The notes under the pieces were generated by a model, which saw only the letters and a program-made list of their open reading frames with translations, made no database searches and was not told the origin of the DNA. 64,000 nt of DNA from an uncultured Collinsella sp. (GTDB lineage Bacteria; Actinomycetota; Coriobacteriia; Coriobacteriales; Coriobacteriaceae). The stretch spans positions 25,287-89,286 of the forward strand of contig CALGZX010000056.1 of assembly GCA_937934165.1 (NCBI GenBank), written 5' to 3'. The position numbers were made by a program, and so were the translations under genes. Shown piece after piece: positions 52,382-60,246 of the stretch. Positions within the stretch are counted from its first letter, which is position 1; each line of letters starts with the position of its first letter.

Positions 52382-53020
52382 CTACGCTGCCACAATACGA
52401 CGTTGATACGCTCGGACCAGCAGCGAGATACCAAAGTTGAGCACAAAGTACATCGCAAACACCAGGCCGTAGAGCATAAGCACCTGCGACAGGTCGATCG
52501 CGTGGGCCATCACGACGTTTGCCGTGTACATGAGCTCGGCCACGTTAATGCCCGAAAGATACGAGCTGTCCTTGATGACGGTCGTGCACTGGCTAAACAG
52601 CGCCGGAATGATCGTCTTAAACGTCTGCGGCAGAATGATGTAGCGCATGGTGGCAAAGAAGCCGAAGCCCTGGCTCTGCGCTGCCTCAAACTGGCCGCGC
52701 GGAATCGAGTTGAGACCGCCACGCACAATCTCGGCCATAACAGCGCTGGTGAACAGCGTAAAGGCAATGGTCGAAATCACAATGTCCAAACCCTGCACCG
52801 TAAAGTAGATAAACAGGATCCACAGCAGGTTCGGCGTGCAGCGGAACAGCTCGATATAGGCGCTCACCAAAATACGGAACGGGCGGGGCGCATAGCTCTT
52901 AACGAGCGCCAGCACCGTGCCAAAGATGAGCGAGAAAAAAATCGACAGCGCCGAGATCTCGATCGTCTTAACAAAGCCGCCCCAAATGTAGAGCAGGTTG
53001 GTCGCGTTGAAGATTTCCAT
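52382..53020 (-). CDS. polar amino acid ABC transporter permease (HisM/GlnP family)
   Basis: 212 aa with an EAA-like loop (GQFEAAQSQGFGFFATMRYIILPQ). Confidence 0.88.
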   Translation of the reverse strand: MEIFNATNLLYIWGGFVKTIEISALSIFFSLIFGTVLALVKSYAPRPFRILVSAYIELFRCTPNLLWILFIYFTVQGLDIVISTIAFTLFTSAVMAEIVRGGLNSIPRGQFEAAQSQGFGFFATMRYIILPQTFKTIIPALFSQCTTVIKDSSYLSGINVAELMYTANVVMAHAIDLSQVLMLYGLVFAMYFVLNFGISLLVRAYQRRIVAA

Positions 53021-53023
53021 GCG

Positions 53024-53770
53024 CTAGGCCTCCTCTACGTTATCGAGCCCCAGCTCGGCCAGGCTCACGCCGCGCGGACGCTCCTTGGAGCGGCGCTCGA
53101 GCCACTGCACCAGCATGGCGAGCGGGAAGCAGATGATGAAGTACATAAGGCAGCAGACGATGTATCCCTGCAGGTAACCGTACAGACTCACAAAGTTGTC
53201 GGAACGGTACATGAGGTCGCCGCCGGCCACAAGTGCCAGCACCGACGTGTTCTTGACCAGGTTGAGCGCCTGGTTACACAGCGGCGGCAGAATGATCTTA
53301 AACGTCTGGGGCAGCACGATGTACCAGTACGCCTGCGCACGGGTGAAGCCCTGGCTCTGGGCCGCCTCCATCTGACCACGCGGAACCGCCTCGATACCGG
53401 TGCGGATGACCTCCGAGATGTAGGCCGCATGATACAGGCCAACACCCAAGAAGCCCAGCACGAACGGCGCGATGCGCACCGGCTGGTCGGCACCGGTTAT
53501 GGCCTGCAAAAACTGCGGACCGGCCATGTACATAAAGAGCACCTGCACGGGCAACGGGGTGTTCTGGTAAAACTCCACGTACACGCGGCTTATGGCGCGC
53601 AGCACGCGCGAACGAGTGGTAGAGAACACGCCCAGCAGCGTGCCCAGCACCAGCGACAGCAACAGACCGGCAACGACCACCTGCAGCGTTACGCCAAAGC
53701 CCTCCCAGAAGGGCCCCATGTTTTGAAATGTCGTCGACCAGCGGTCGGCGTCAAACAATCCTTCGAGCAT
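53024..53770 (-). CDS. polar amino acid ABC transporter permease
   Basis: Start trimmed to the ATG at 53770 (MLEGLFDADRW) with an AAGGAAGGAA SD. EAA loop GQMEAAQSQGFTRAQAYWYIVLPQ. Confidence 0.88.
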   Translation of the reverse strand: MLEGLFDADRWSTTFQNMGPFWEGFGVTLQVVVAGLLLSLVLGTLLGVFSTTRSRVLRAISRVYVEFYQNTPLPVQVLFMYMAGPQFLQAITGADQPVRIAPFVLGFLGVGLYHAAYISEVIRTGIEAVPRGQMEAAQSQGFTRAQAYWYIVLPQTFKIILPPLCNQALNLVKNTSVLALVAGGDLMYRSDNFVSLYGYLQGYIVCCLMYFIICFPLAMLVQWLERRSKERPRGVSLAELGLDNVEEA

Positions 53771-53795
53771 TTGATTCCTTCCTTGGACGATGCGC

Positions 53796-54674
53796 CTATA
53801 CAAGACCCCAGGTCTTGACCTCTTGGTCGAGCCAGCCATCGACCAGGCGATCGCAAACCATCTGATCGACCACGGCCGAAAGGTCGCAGCCCTTCTTGGT
53901 CGCCACGCCGTAGCCCTGCTCGCCAAACTTGACCTCGGGCTGCAGCAACTCAACGGTCTCGTTCATGTAACCGGCCAGCGTGGAGCGGTCCATGGCAAAG
54001 ACGTCGATATTGCCGGCGTCGAGCGAACTCTTGATGATGGGGTAGCCGCTAAAGGCCCTAAACTCGGGCTTGCAGCTAAAGCCGTTGTCCTTGATCATCT
54101 GCTCGATCAGGCCCTGCGTGGTGGCACCCTGGCTCACGCCAATGACCTTGCCGTCCAGGTCCTCAATCGAGGTAAAGCCCGAACGCTTCTTGACCATAAG
54201 TCCCACGTAGTCGGTGCGGTACGGCGTCGAGAAATCCCAGCTCTTCTTGCGCTCGTCGGTGATGGTGTAGGTCGCCGCGACCACGTCAAGTTGGCCGTTA
54301 TCGATCAGCGGGCCGCGCGTCTTGGGCGTTACGTCGGTAAACTCGACAAGCTCCTGGGCGCGGGCCTCCTTGTAGCTCACGCCAAAGACGGCAGCGGCGA
54401 TCTGGTAGCACAAATCGACTTCCATGCCCTCAAAGCGGCCCTTGGCGGTGTCGTAATAGCCATAGCCGGGAACATCCTTCTTAACGCCGGCATTCAAATG
54501 GCCACGCGACTTGATGGCCGCAAGCTTGGACCCCTTGTCGGAGCCCTCGCCGCTGGTGGAGTTGCCGCAACCGGTAAGCGCGGTCCCCGTCAGCGCAAGC
54601 ATGCCGGCGCCAGCCAGCTGCAAAAAGTGGCGGCGCGACACGGCCGCCCTCGTCATATCCGTCATGTCCATCAC
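53796..54674 (-). CDS. amino acid ABC transporter substrate-binding lipoprotein (Tat-type signal)
   Basis: The signal has the twin-arginine motif SRRHFLQLAG and the lipobox LTGC. It has an SBP_bac_3-like body. Confidence 0.85.
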   Translation of the reverse strand: MMDMTDMTRAAVSRRHFLQLAGAGMLALTGTALTGCGNSTSGEGSDKGSKLAAIKSRGHLNAGVKKDVPGYGYYDTAKGRFEGMEVDLCYQIAAAVFGVSYKEARAQELVEFTDVTPKTRGPLIDNGQLDVVAATYTITDERKKSWDFSTPYRTDYVGLMVKKRSGFTSIEDLDGKVIGVSQGATTQGLIEQMIKDNGFSCKPEFRAFSGYPIIKSSLDAGNIDVFAMDRSTLAGYMNETVELLQPEVKFGEQGYGVATKKGCDLSAVVDQMVCDRLVDGWLDQEVKTWGLV

Positions 54675-54679
54675 CGCGC

Positions 54680-55411
54680 CTAGTGCAGAATCTTGGACAG
54701 GAACTCGCGGCAGCGCGGGTTCTCGGGGTTATCGAAGAAGTGCTCGGGTGTGCCCTCCTCCAGAATGCGGCCGTCCTCCATAAAGATGACGCGGTCGGCC
54801 ACCTGGCGTGCAAAGCCCATCTCGTGCGTCACGCAGATCATGGTGATATCCTCCTGCGCGAGCTCAATCATAACGTCCAGAACCTCCTGGACCATTTCGG
54901 GGTCGAGCGCCGAGGTCGGCTCGTCAAACAGGATGATGGGCTGCTTGGTGCACAGGGCACGGGCGATGGCGATGCGCTGCTGCTGACCACCCGAGAGATT
55001 CTGCGGATACTCGCCGGCCTTATGCGCCATGCCAACACGCTTGAGCGCGGCGATGGCGATCTCGGTCGCCTCCTCCTTACTCTTCTTTTGCAGCTTGATG
55101 GGCGCGAGTGTCAGGTTGCCCAGCACCGTCATGTTGGGATACAGGTTGAACTGCTGAAACACCATGGAGCTGTACTTGCGAGCCATCTCCAGGTGATTCT
55201 TTTTGGTGAGCGGCGTACCGTCGATGACGACTTCGCCCGACGTGGGCTCCTCCAGATAATCGACGCAACGGATGAGCGTCGACTTACCCGAACCGGAAGG
55301 CCCGATCATTACAAGCTTCTCGCCGCGCTTGACGGTGAGATTGATATCTTTGAGCACATGCAGGTCGCCAAAGTACTTGTTGAGATGCTTGATCTCGATC
55401 ATGTCTGCCAT
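54680..55411 (-). CDS. amino acid ABC transporter ATP-binding protein (GlnQ-like)
   Basis: Walker [29 protein letters not shown] and VTHEMGFA. Confidence 0.93.
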   Translation of the reverse strand: MADMIEIKHLNKYFGDLHVLKDINLTVKRGEKLVMIGPSGSGKSTLIRCVDYLEEPTSGEVVIDGTPLTKKNHLEMARKYSSMVFQQFNLYPNMTVLGNLTLAPIKLQKKSKEEATEIAIAALKRVGMAHKAGEYPQNLSGGQQQRIAIARALCTKQPIILFDEPTSALDPEMVQEVLDVMIELAQEDITMICVTHEMGFARQVADRVIFMEDGRILEEGTPEHFFDNPENPRCREFLSKILH

Positions 55412-55517
55412 GAATGTCCCTTTCCTGCGCTTACACGAATTGCACTATTGTACGGAAAGAACCACGTTTCCGCAGCCCACACTACATTCCCGTAAAGAAC
55501 CCGCAACCTTCCACCCA

Positions 55518-55584
55518 CTCATTGGGGACAGACTTAAATGAGTACCTACTCATTGGGCACTCATTTAAGTCTGTCCCCAATGAG
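55518..55584. repeat. inverted dimer of the GGGGAC-loop hairpin repeat
   Basis: CTCATTGGGGACAGACTTAAATGAG (55518-55542) and its exact reverse complement CTCATTTAAGTCTGTCCCCAATGAG (55560-55584). Another GGGGGACGCCCTTCC copy follows at about 55591. Confidence 0.8.
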
Positions 55585-55638
55585 CGCCCGCGGGGGACGC
55601 CCTTCCTCCAACCGCCCTTGTTGAGCATAAGTCAGCGA

Positions 55639-55737
55639 AAACCCGTACACGCGAGCAAGGTGACGTGAAATGAAAGGGCGCAGACCTTATGGTCGCGCCT
55701 TTGAAATTGAACGTCAGATTGCCGCGTGTACGGGTTT
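55639..55737. repeat. about 100-nt nested palindrome in the yqeY-glnQ spacer
   Basis: Outer arms AAACCCGTACACGCG / CGCGTGTACGGGTTT. Inner hairpin AAAGGGCGC-...-GCGCCTTT. Confidence 0.55.
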
Positions 55738-55781
55738 GCAGCGTCGAGCCGTTACGCGGTTTGGTAAAACCGCGTAACAAA

Positions 55782-56225
55782 TTACGCCAGCTTTGCGCCG
55801 ACGATCTTTGCTGCGGCCGGCTTATCGAAGTTGCCGCCGGTGGCCTTGCCCAGGGCACCCATAACCTGGCCCATCTGCTTCTTGGACGTGGCGCCCAGCT
55901 CGGCGATAACCTGCTCGATCAGGGTCTCGAGCTCCTCGCCCGAAACCTGCGCGGGCAGCAGGCTTTCCAGAATCTTGACCTGCTCGGTCAGGTTGTCGGT
56001 ACGCTCCTGGTCGGTGCCGGCCTTGATGGACATCTCCAGCGTCTCGCTCGTCTGCTTGATCAGACGCTTGATCATGCTGTTGACGTCTTCCTCGGTCACA
56101 TCGCGGCGCTCGTTAACCTCGATATTCTTCACCTCGGCCTTGACCTGGCGAATGATGGACAGGCGAACCTTGTCCTTGGCCTTCATGGCCGCGATCATTT
56201 CCTTCTGCAGCTCTTCGTTGGTCAT
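55782..56225 (-). CDS. GatB/YqeY domain protein
   Basis: Start at the ATG at 56225 (MTNEELQKEMIAAMKAKDK) with a GAGGAGGA SD. It has the C-terminal KQMGQVMG...G..D pattern typical of YqeY. Confidence 0.85.
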   Translation of the reverse strand: MTNEELQKEMIAAMKAKDKVRLSIIRQVKAEVKNIEVNERRDVTEEDVNSMIKRLIKQTSETLEMSIKAGTDQERTDNLTEQVKILESLLPAQVSGEELETLIEQVIAELGATSKKQMGQVMGALGKATGGNFDKPAAAKIVGAKLA

Positions 56226-56279
56226 CTGCAAATCCTCCTCAATAGCGTGGGCGGCACTCGCGCGAGCACCGCCCCATGA

Positions 56280-57503
56280 TTACTCAGTCGTCGACGAATC
56301 GTCGGTCGAACTCTTGGTGACGCCCTTCAGGCTCACGTTATAGGGCACGTCCTTGGGCATGGGGTTAACGGTAATGTCGGCGTCCTTCTTGTACTGCTCC
56401 AGCCACTCGCTGTACGCGGTGCTTGCCGCCTGCGTCTTCACCACGTTGGAGACGTACTTCTTGATGTCCTTGGGCACCTGCTTAATGTCATCGACCTGAT
56501 TATCGACATGGAAGTAGTCGGTGCACTTGATGATGTGGTAACCATAGGTCGACTCGACGACGTCGCTCATATCGCCCTTGTTGAGCCCCTCGAGCGCCGC
56601 CTGGTAGCTGTCGACGAAGGTGGTGAGCTTGTCCCAGCCCACATCGCCCTTCTTATCCTTGGAGCCGGTATCGTCGGAATACTGCTTTACGGCGTCCTCA
56701 AAGCTCAGCTCACCGGAGTTAATCTTGTCCAGGCACTCCTGCGCCTTGGCCTTGGCGGCGGCCTTGTCCTCGTCGGAAGCGTCGGAATCGACCTTGATCA
56801 GGATATTCGACGAGCGACGGGCGTCATTGTAGTTAGACAGGTTCTCGTTGATGTAATCGACGATCTCGCTGCCCTTGGGCTTGCTTGTGGGTGCTACCGC
56901 ATCCTTAAGTTTCTGCTGTGCCAGGCTCTCCTTGAGCGAGTCCTTGTAGGTGTCCTCGGTGTAGCCATAGGTCTTAAGCGTCTTCTTAAAGGTCTTGGCG
57001 CCGCCGGCACTCTTGCAGGCGTCCTTCCAGGCCTTCTCGACCTCCTCGTCCGAGACGGTCACGCCGTTTTCCTTCTGCGCTTGCTGAAGCAGAATCTGCT
57101 GCGTGTAGGAGTCGATGAGCTGCTTGCGATACTTCTTGGGCGTGAGGTCGTTATTGACCAGGTACTGTGCCCAGTCCTTGTCCTTGGTGTAGCCATAGGA
57201 CGTACGCATGCTCATGATCTGCTTGGTCACGGTGTCCTCGGTGAGGTTGGTACCATTGATGGTAGCAGCCACGCCGCCAGTGAGCTTATAGCCCGAGCTG
57301 GCGCTTTCGGACTGCGACATCAGGCCGGAGCACGCCATGGCCGAGACGGAAAGCAGCATCGCCAGCACGCCGATGACCACTAGGACGATCTTGACGGTCT
57401 TGGACACATAGGTCTTGCGCTGCTTCTTACGAGAGCTGGAGGCGGCGCGAGCCTGTTGCTCGGGCGTCGGCGCGGCCTCGGGGTTCTTTTTCTTATTTGC
57501 CAT
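56280..57503 (-). CDS. membrane-anchored SurA/PrsA-like peptidyl-prolyl isomerase (parvulin)
   Basis: N-terminal basic region plus a TM helix, a SurA_N-like chaperone region, and a parvulin core (ARRSSNILIKV...GDVGW...STYGYHIIK). Confidence 0.8.
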   Translation of the reverse strand: MANKKKNPEAAPTPEQQARAASSSRKKQRKTYVSKTVKIVLVVIGVLAMLLSVSAMACSGLMSQSESASSGYKLTGGVAATINGTNLTEDTVTKQIMSMRTSYGYTKDKDWAQYLVNNDLTPKKYRKQLIDSYTQQILLQQAQKENGVTVSDEEVEKAWKDACKSAGGAKTFKKTLKTYGYTEDTYKDSLKESLAQQKLKDAVAPTSKPKGSEIVDYINENLSNYNDARRSSNILIKVDSDASDEDKAAAKAKAQECLDKINSGELSFEDAVKQYSDDTGSKDKKGDVGWDKLTTFVDSYQAALEGLNKGDMSDVVESTYGYHIIKCTDYFHVDNQVDDIKQVPKDIKKYVSNVVKTQAASTAYSEWLEQYKKDADITVNPMPKDVPYNVSLKGVTKSSTDDSSTTE

Positions 57504-57632
57504 GTTTGGCCTTTCGCATCACGAATCGAACAAACGCCATTGTGTCACAACGCAGCCCCCGCGGCACACCTGGTGCATGGGGGACAGGTTAATCTGCACC
57601 ATTTTGGTGCAAAGGAGACATACCTGGCAGTC

Positions 57633-57659
57633 GGCAGTTAAGGACCGTCCCTAACTGCC
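57633..57659 (-). terminator. hairpin downstream of the PTS EIIA gene, built from two inverted GGCAGTTAGGGAC-like half-sites
   Basis: GGCAGTTAAGGAC-C-GTCCCTAACTGCC. It is related to the GGCAGTTGGGGAC units of the 11-kb array. Confidence 0.5.
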
Positions 57660-57673
57660 GGCTTAGCTCCACC

Positions 57674-58138
57674 TTAGAAGTGGCGGCGGATGGCGTCGAC
57701 CATGCCTTGGGGTGTGGTCTGGCCGAGTACGTCGGCTGCGGCGTCGGCGTCCATAAAGATATTCATGAGCGCTTGCAGGGCCTCGACCTGGCCGCCCGGC
57801 TCGGCAATGCCCAGATTGATGATGATCTGTGCCGGCACGGGAGCGCCCATGCCCGCCATAGCATTGAATGTCACGGGCGCAGCAGGCTTTACCACCGCGA
57901 TATAGGGCTTAGCCACAAATCCGGGATCAGTATGTGGGATGGCGATATTGGCCGCCGGCATGGCAAGGCCCGTGGGATAGGCGTCCTCGCGTGCGCGAAC
58001 GGCGTCAAGCCAGCCATCGGCAATGTAGCCGCGCGGGGCGAGCTCGCCCTCGAGTCGCGCAAACACCTCACCCGGTATCGCGCACTCCCAATCAAAAAAC
58101 ACCAGCTCAGGCGTAAACAGCGCTTCGTTATCCGCCAT
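57674..58138 (-). CDS. PTS EIIA type-2 domain protein (fructose/mannitol/Ntr family), stand-alone
   Basis: 154 aa with an active-site region NIAIPHTD. No EIIB/EIIC genes are nearby. Confidence 0.75.
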   Translation of the reverse strand: MADNEALFTPELVFFDWECAIPGEVFARLEGELAPRGYIADGWLDAVRAREDAYPTGLAMPAANIAIPHTDPGFVAKPYIAVVKPAAPVTFNAMAGMGAPVPAQIIINLGIAEPGGQVEALQALMNIFMDADAAADVLGQTTPQGMVDAIRRHF

Positions 58139-58155
58139 GCGCTCACCTCTCTCAC

Positions 58156-58213
58156 CTAGTCACCTGGGACGTTCTTAAACGACTAGTCATTCAAGAACGT
58201 CCCCAATGACTAC
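58156..58213. repeat. inverted dimer of the GGGGAC-loop hairpin repeat, immediately upstream of the EIIA RBS
   Basis: CTAGTCACCTGGGACGTTCTTAAACGACTAG followed by TCATTCAAGAACGTCCCCAATGACTAC. Confidence 0.75.
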
Positions 58214-58290
58214 CTAAAACAAAGGATGGCCACTTGCGCCTTGGCGCCAATGACCACCCTGACTACTCAGCTAAATTGTACTGTGCGCCG

Positions 58291-58992
58291 CTAGCCGCGA
58301 GGCGCATCAATTGCCACCTTGCCGCTCTCCAGCACGTGGACGCGGCCGTCGGCGAGCATCTGCACGACCTCGGGATACAGCACGTGCTCGATCGCGTGGA
58401 TGTGCTCCTCGAGCGTATCGACATCCCAGCCCTCCTCAACAGCCAGCGCGCGCTGGGCGATGATGGGGCCGTTGTCGTAGATCTCGTTGGCAAAGTGCAC
58501 GGTCACGCCGGTCACCTTGACGCCGCGGGCAAACGCATCGTCGATCGCGTGGGCACCGGTAAAGCTCGGCAGCAGGGCCGGGTGCAGGTTGACCACGCGG
58601 TTGGGGAACGCCGCCAGCAGCGGCGTGTGCACCATGCGCATGTAGCCGGCCATGACCACATACTCGCAGCCGCGCTCGAGCAGCTCGTGCGCAATAATCT
58701 CGTCGGCGGCGATAGGGTCGGCGTAGACATCCTTGGACAGCGTGAGCGTCTGGATACCCGCACGCTCTGCGCGCTGCAAACCCTTGGCCGAAGGGCGGCT
58801 CGACACCACGAGCCCAATCGAGGCGTTGAGCTTGCCGGCGGCGATCAGGTCGATCAACGCTTGCAGGTTGGTACCCGAACCGCTGATAAGCACACCGATC
58901 TTGAGCGGCTCAGCCGTATCTGTACCGGTCGGACGGGTGTAGGGCACAAACCCAAGACCCTCACTAGCGGCCATCTGCTCGTTAGCGCTCAT
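58291..58992 (-). CDS. purN: phosphoribosylglycinamide formyltransferase
   Basis: GVLISGSGTNLQALI, VMAGYMR and NLHPALLP motifs. It overlaps the end of purM. Confidence 0.9.
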   Translation of the reverse strand: MSANEQMAASEGLGFVPYTRPTGTDTAEPLKIGVLISGSGTNLQALIDLIAAGKLNASIGLVVSSRPSAKGLQRAERAGIQTLTLSKDVYADPIAADEIIAHELLERGCEYVVMAGYMRMVHTPLLAAFPNRVVNLHPALLPSFTGAHAIDDAFARGVKVTGVTVHFANEIYDNGPIIAQRALAVEEGWDVDTLEEHIHAIEHVLYPEVVQMLADGRVHVLESGKVAIDAPRG

Positions 58993-60085
58993 CGGAGTAC
59001 ACGACCTTACCGGAGCCCTCGACGCACTCGCCCACGCGGAACGGCTTCTCGCCCAGCGCGACCAGAGCCTCGGTCACCGCGGTCTCATCCTCGGGGGCGA
59101 CGATCAGGCACAGGCCAACGCCCATGTTGAAGGTCTTGCACGCCTCGTTGGGCGCAAGCTCGGCCTGGCGCGACACATAGGTGATGACGGGCGGAACGTC
59201 CCAGTCCATCTCGGCACCGTTGCGGGTGACCACGGCGTCGACGTCGTCGGCAAGCGCGCGGTTGAGGTTCTCGGTAATACCGCCGCCGGTGATGTGGGCA
59301 ATGGCATGAACGTTGGCGCCACCGCGGAGCAGCTCCAGAATCGGCTTGACGTAAATGCGCGTAGGAGCCAACAGGGCGTCTGCCAGCGATGCGCCGCCGA
59401 GCTCCTCGAGCGGACGGCTCAGCTCCTCCGCCTTAGCGGCGGCCTCGGGCGTGCCCGGCTTAATACCGTCAACGCCAATGACCTTGCGCACGAGCGAGTA
59501 GCCGTTGGAGTGCACGCCGGTGGAAGGCAGACCCAGGATCACATCGCCCGGGCGGACGTTTGCGGGGTCGAGCATCTTGGGACGATCGACGACGCCCACG
59601 GTAAATCCGGCGAGGTCGTAGTCGGCAGGCGCCATGACGCCGGGGTGCTCGGCCATCTCGCCGCCCACGAGCGCGCAGCCCGCGAGCTTGCAGCCGTCGG
59701 CCACACCCTTGATGATCTTTGCCATGTGCTCGGCCTCAATGTGACCGATGGCAACGTAATCCAGGAAGAACAGCGGCTCGGCGCCCGAAGCCAAAATGTC
59801 ATTGACGCACATGGCGACCAGGTCCTGGCCCACCGTCTCGTGACGGTCCATAATCTGGGCGAGCACGAGCTTGGTGCCCACGCCGTCGGTGCCGCTGATC
59901 AGGATCGGGTCTTCCATATCCTTGAGCGCGGCGGCCGAGAACAGGCCACCAAAGCCACCGATGCCGCCGATAACCTCGGGGCGGTTGGTGTCCTTGACCA
60001 TCTGCTTAATAGCGTCGACGGCGCGGCCGCCCTCGGCGGTATCGACGCCGGCGTCCTCGTACGTCACATGCTTGCTGTCGCTCAT
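58982..60085 (-). CDS. purM: phosphoribosylformylglycinamidine cyclo-ligase
   Basis: 367 aa with the typical AIR synthase motifs DGVGTK, DLVAMCVNDI and GGEMAE. Confidence 0.93.
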   Translation of the reverse strand: MSDSKHVTYEDAGVDTAEGGRAVDAIKQMVKDTNRPEVIGGIGGFGGLFSAAALKDMEDPILISGTDGVGTKLVLAQIMDRHETVGQDLVAMCVNDILASGAEPLFFLDYVAIGHIEAEHMAKIIKGVADGCKLAGCALVGGEMAEHPGVMAPADYDLAGFTVGVVDRPKMLDPANVRPGDVILGLPSTGVHSNGYSLVRKVIGVDGIKPGTPEAAAKAEELSRPLEELGGASLADALLAPTRIYVKPILELLRGGANVHAIAHITGGGITENLNRALADDVDAVVTRNGAEMDWDVPPVITYVSRQAELAPNEACKTFNMGVGLCLIVAPEDETAVTEALVALGEKPFRVGECVEGSGKVVYSDER

Positions 60086-60198
60086 CTGAGCCTTCCTCTC
60101 CCACTACCGTGGCGCCGCGCGGGCGCCAAACGGTGCTCATAGTTGCGTTCATTTCGGCGCGCGCCATAACAGCACGCGCCGTCATATCAACGAAACAG

Positions 60199-60246
60199 CA
60201 GGTAAAACCTACCAAAATAAACCTGTCCCCACATGGCAGGTTTTAG
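60199..60246. repeat. CTAAAACCT-type hairpin repeat (copy B) containing the purF stop codon
   Basis: The minus strand reads CTAAAACCTGCCATGTGGGGACAGGTTTATTTTGGTAGGTTTTACCTG. The TAA at 60243-60245 (minus) is the purF stop. Confidence 0.7.
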
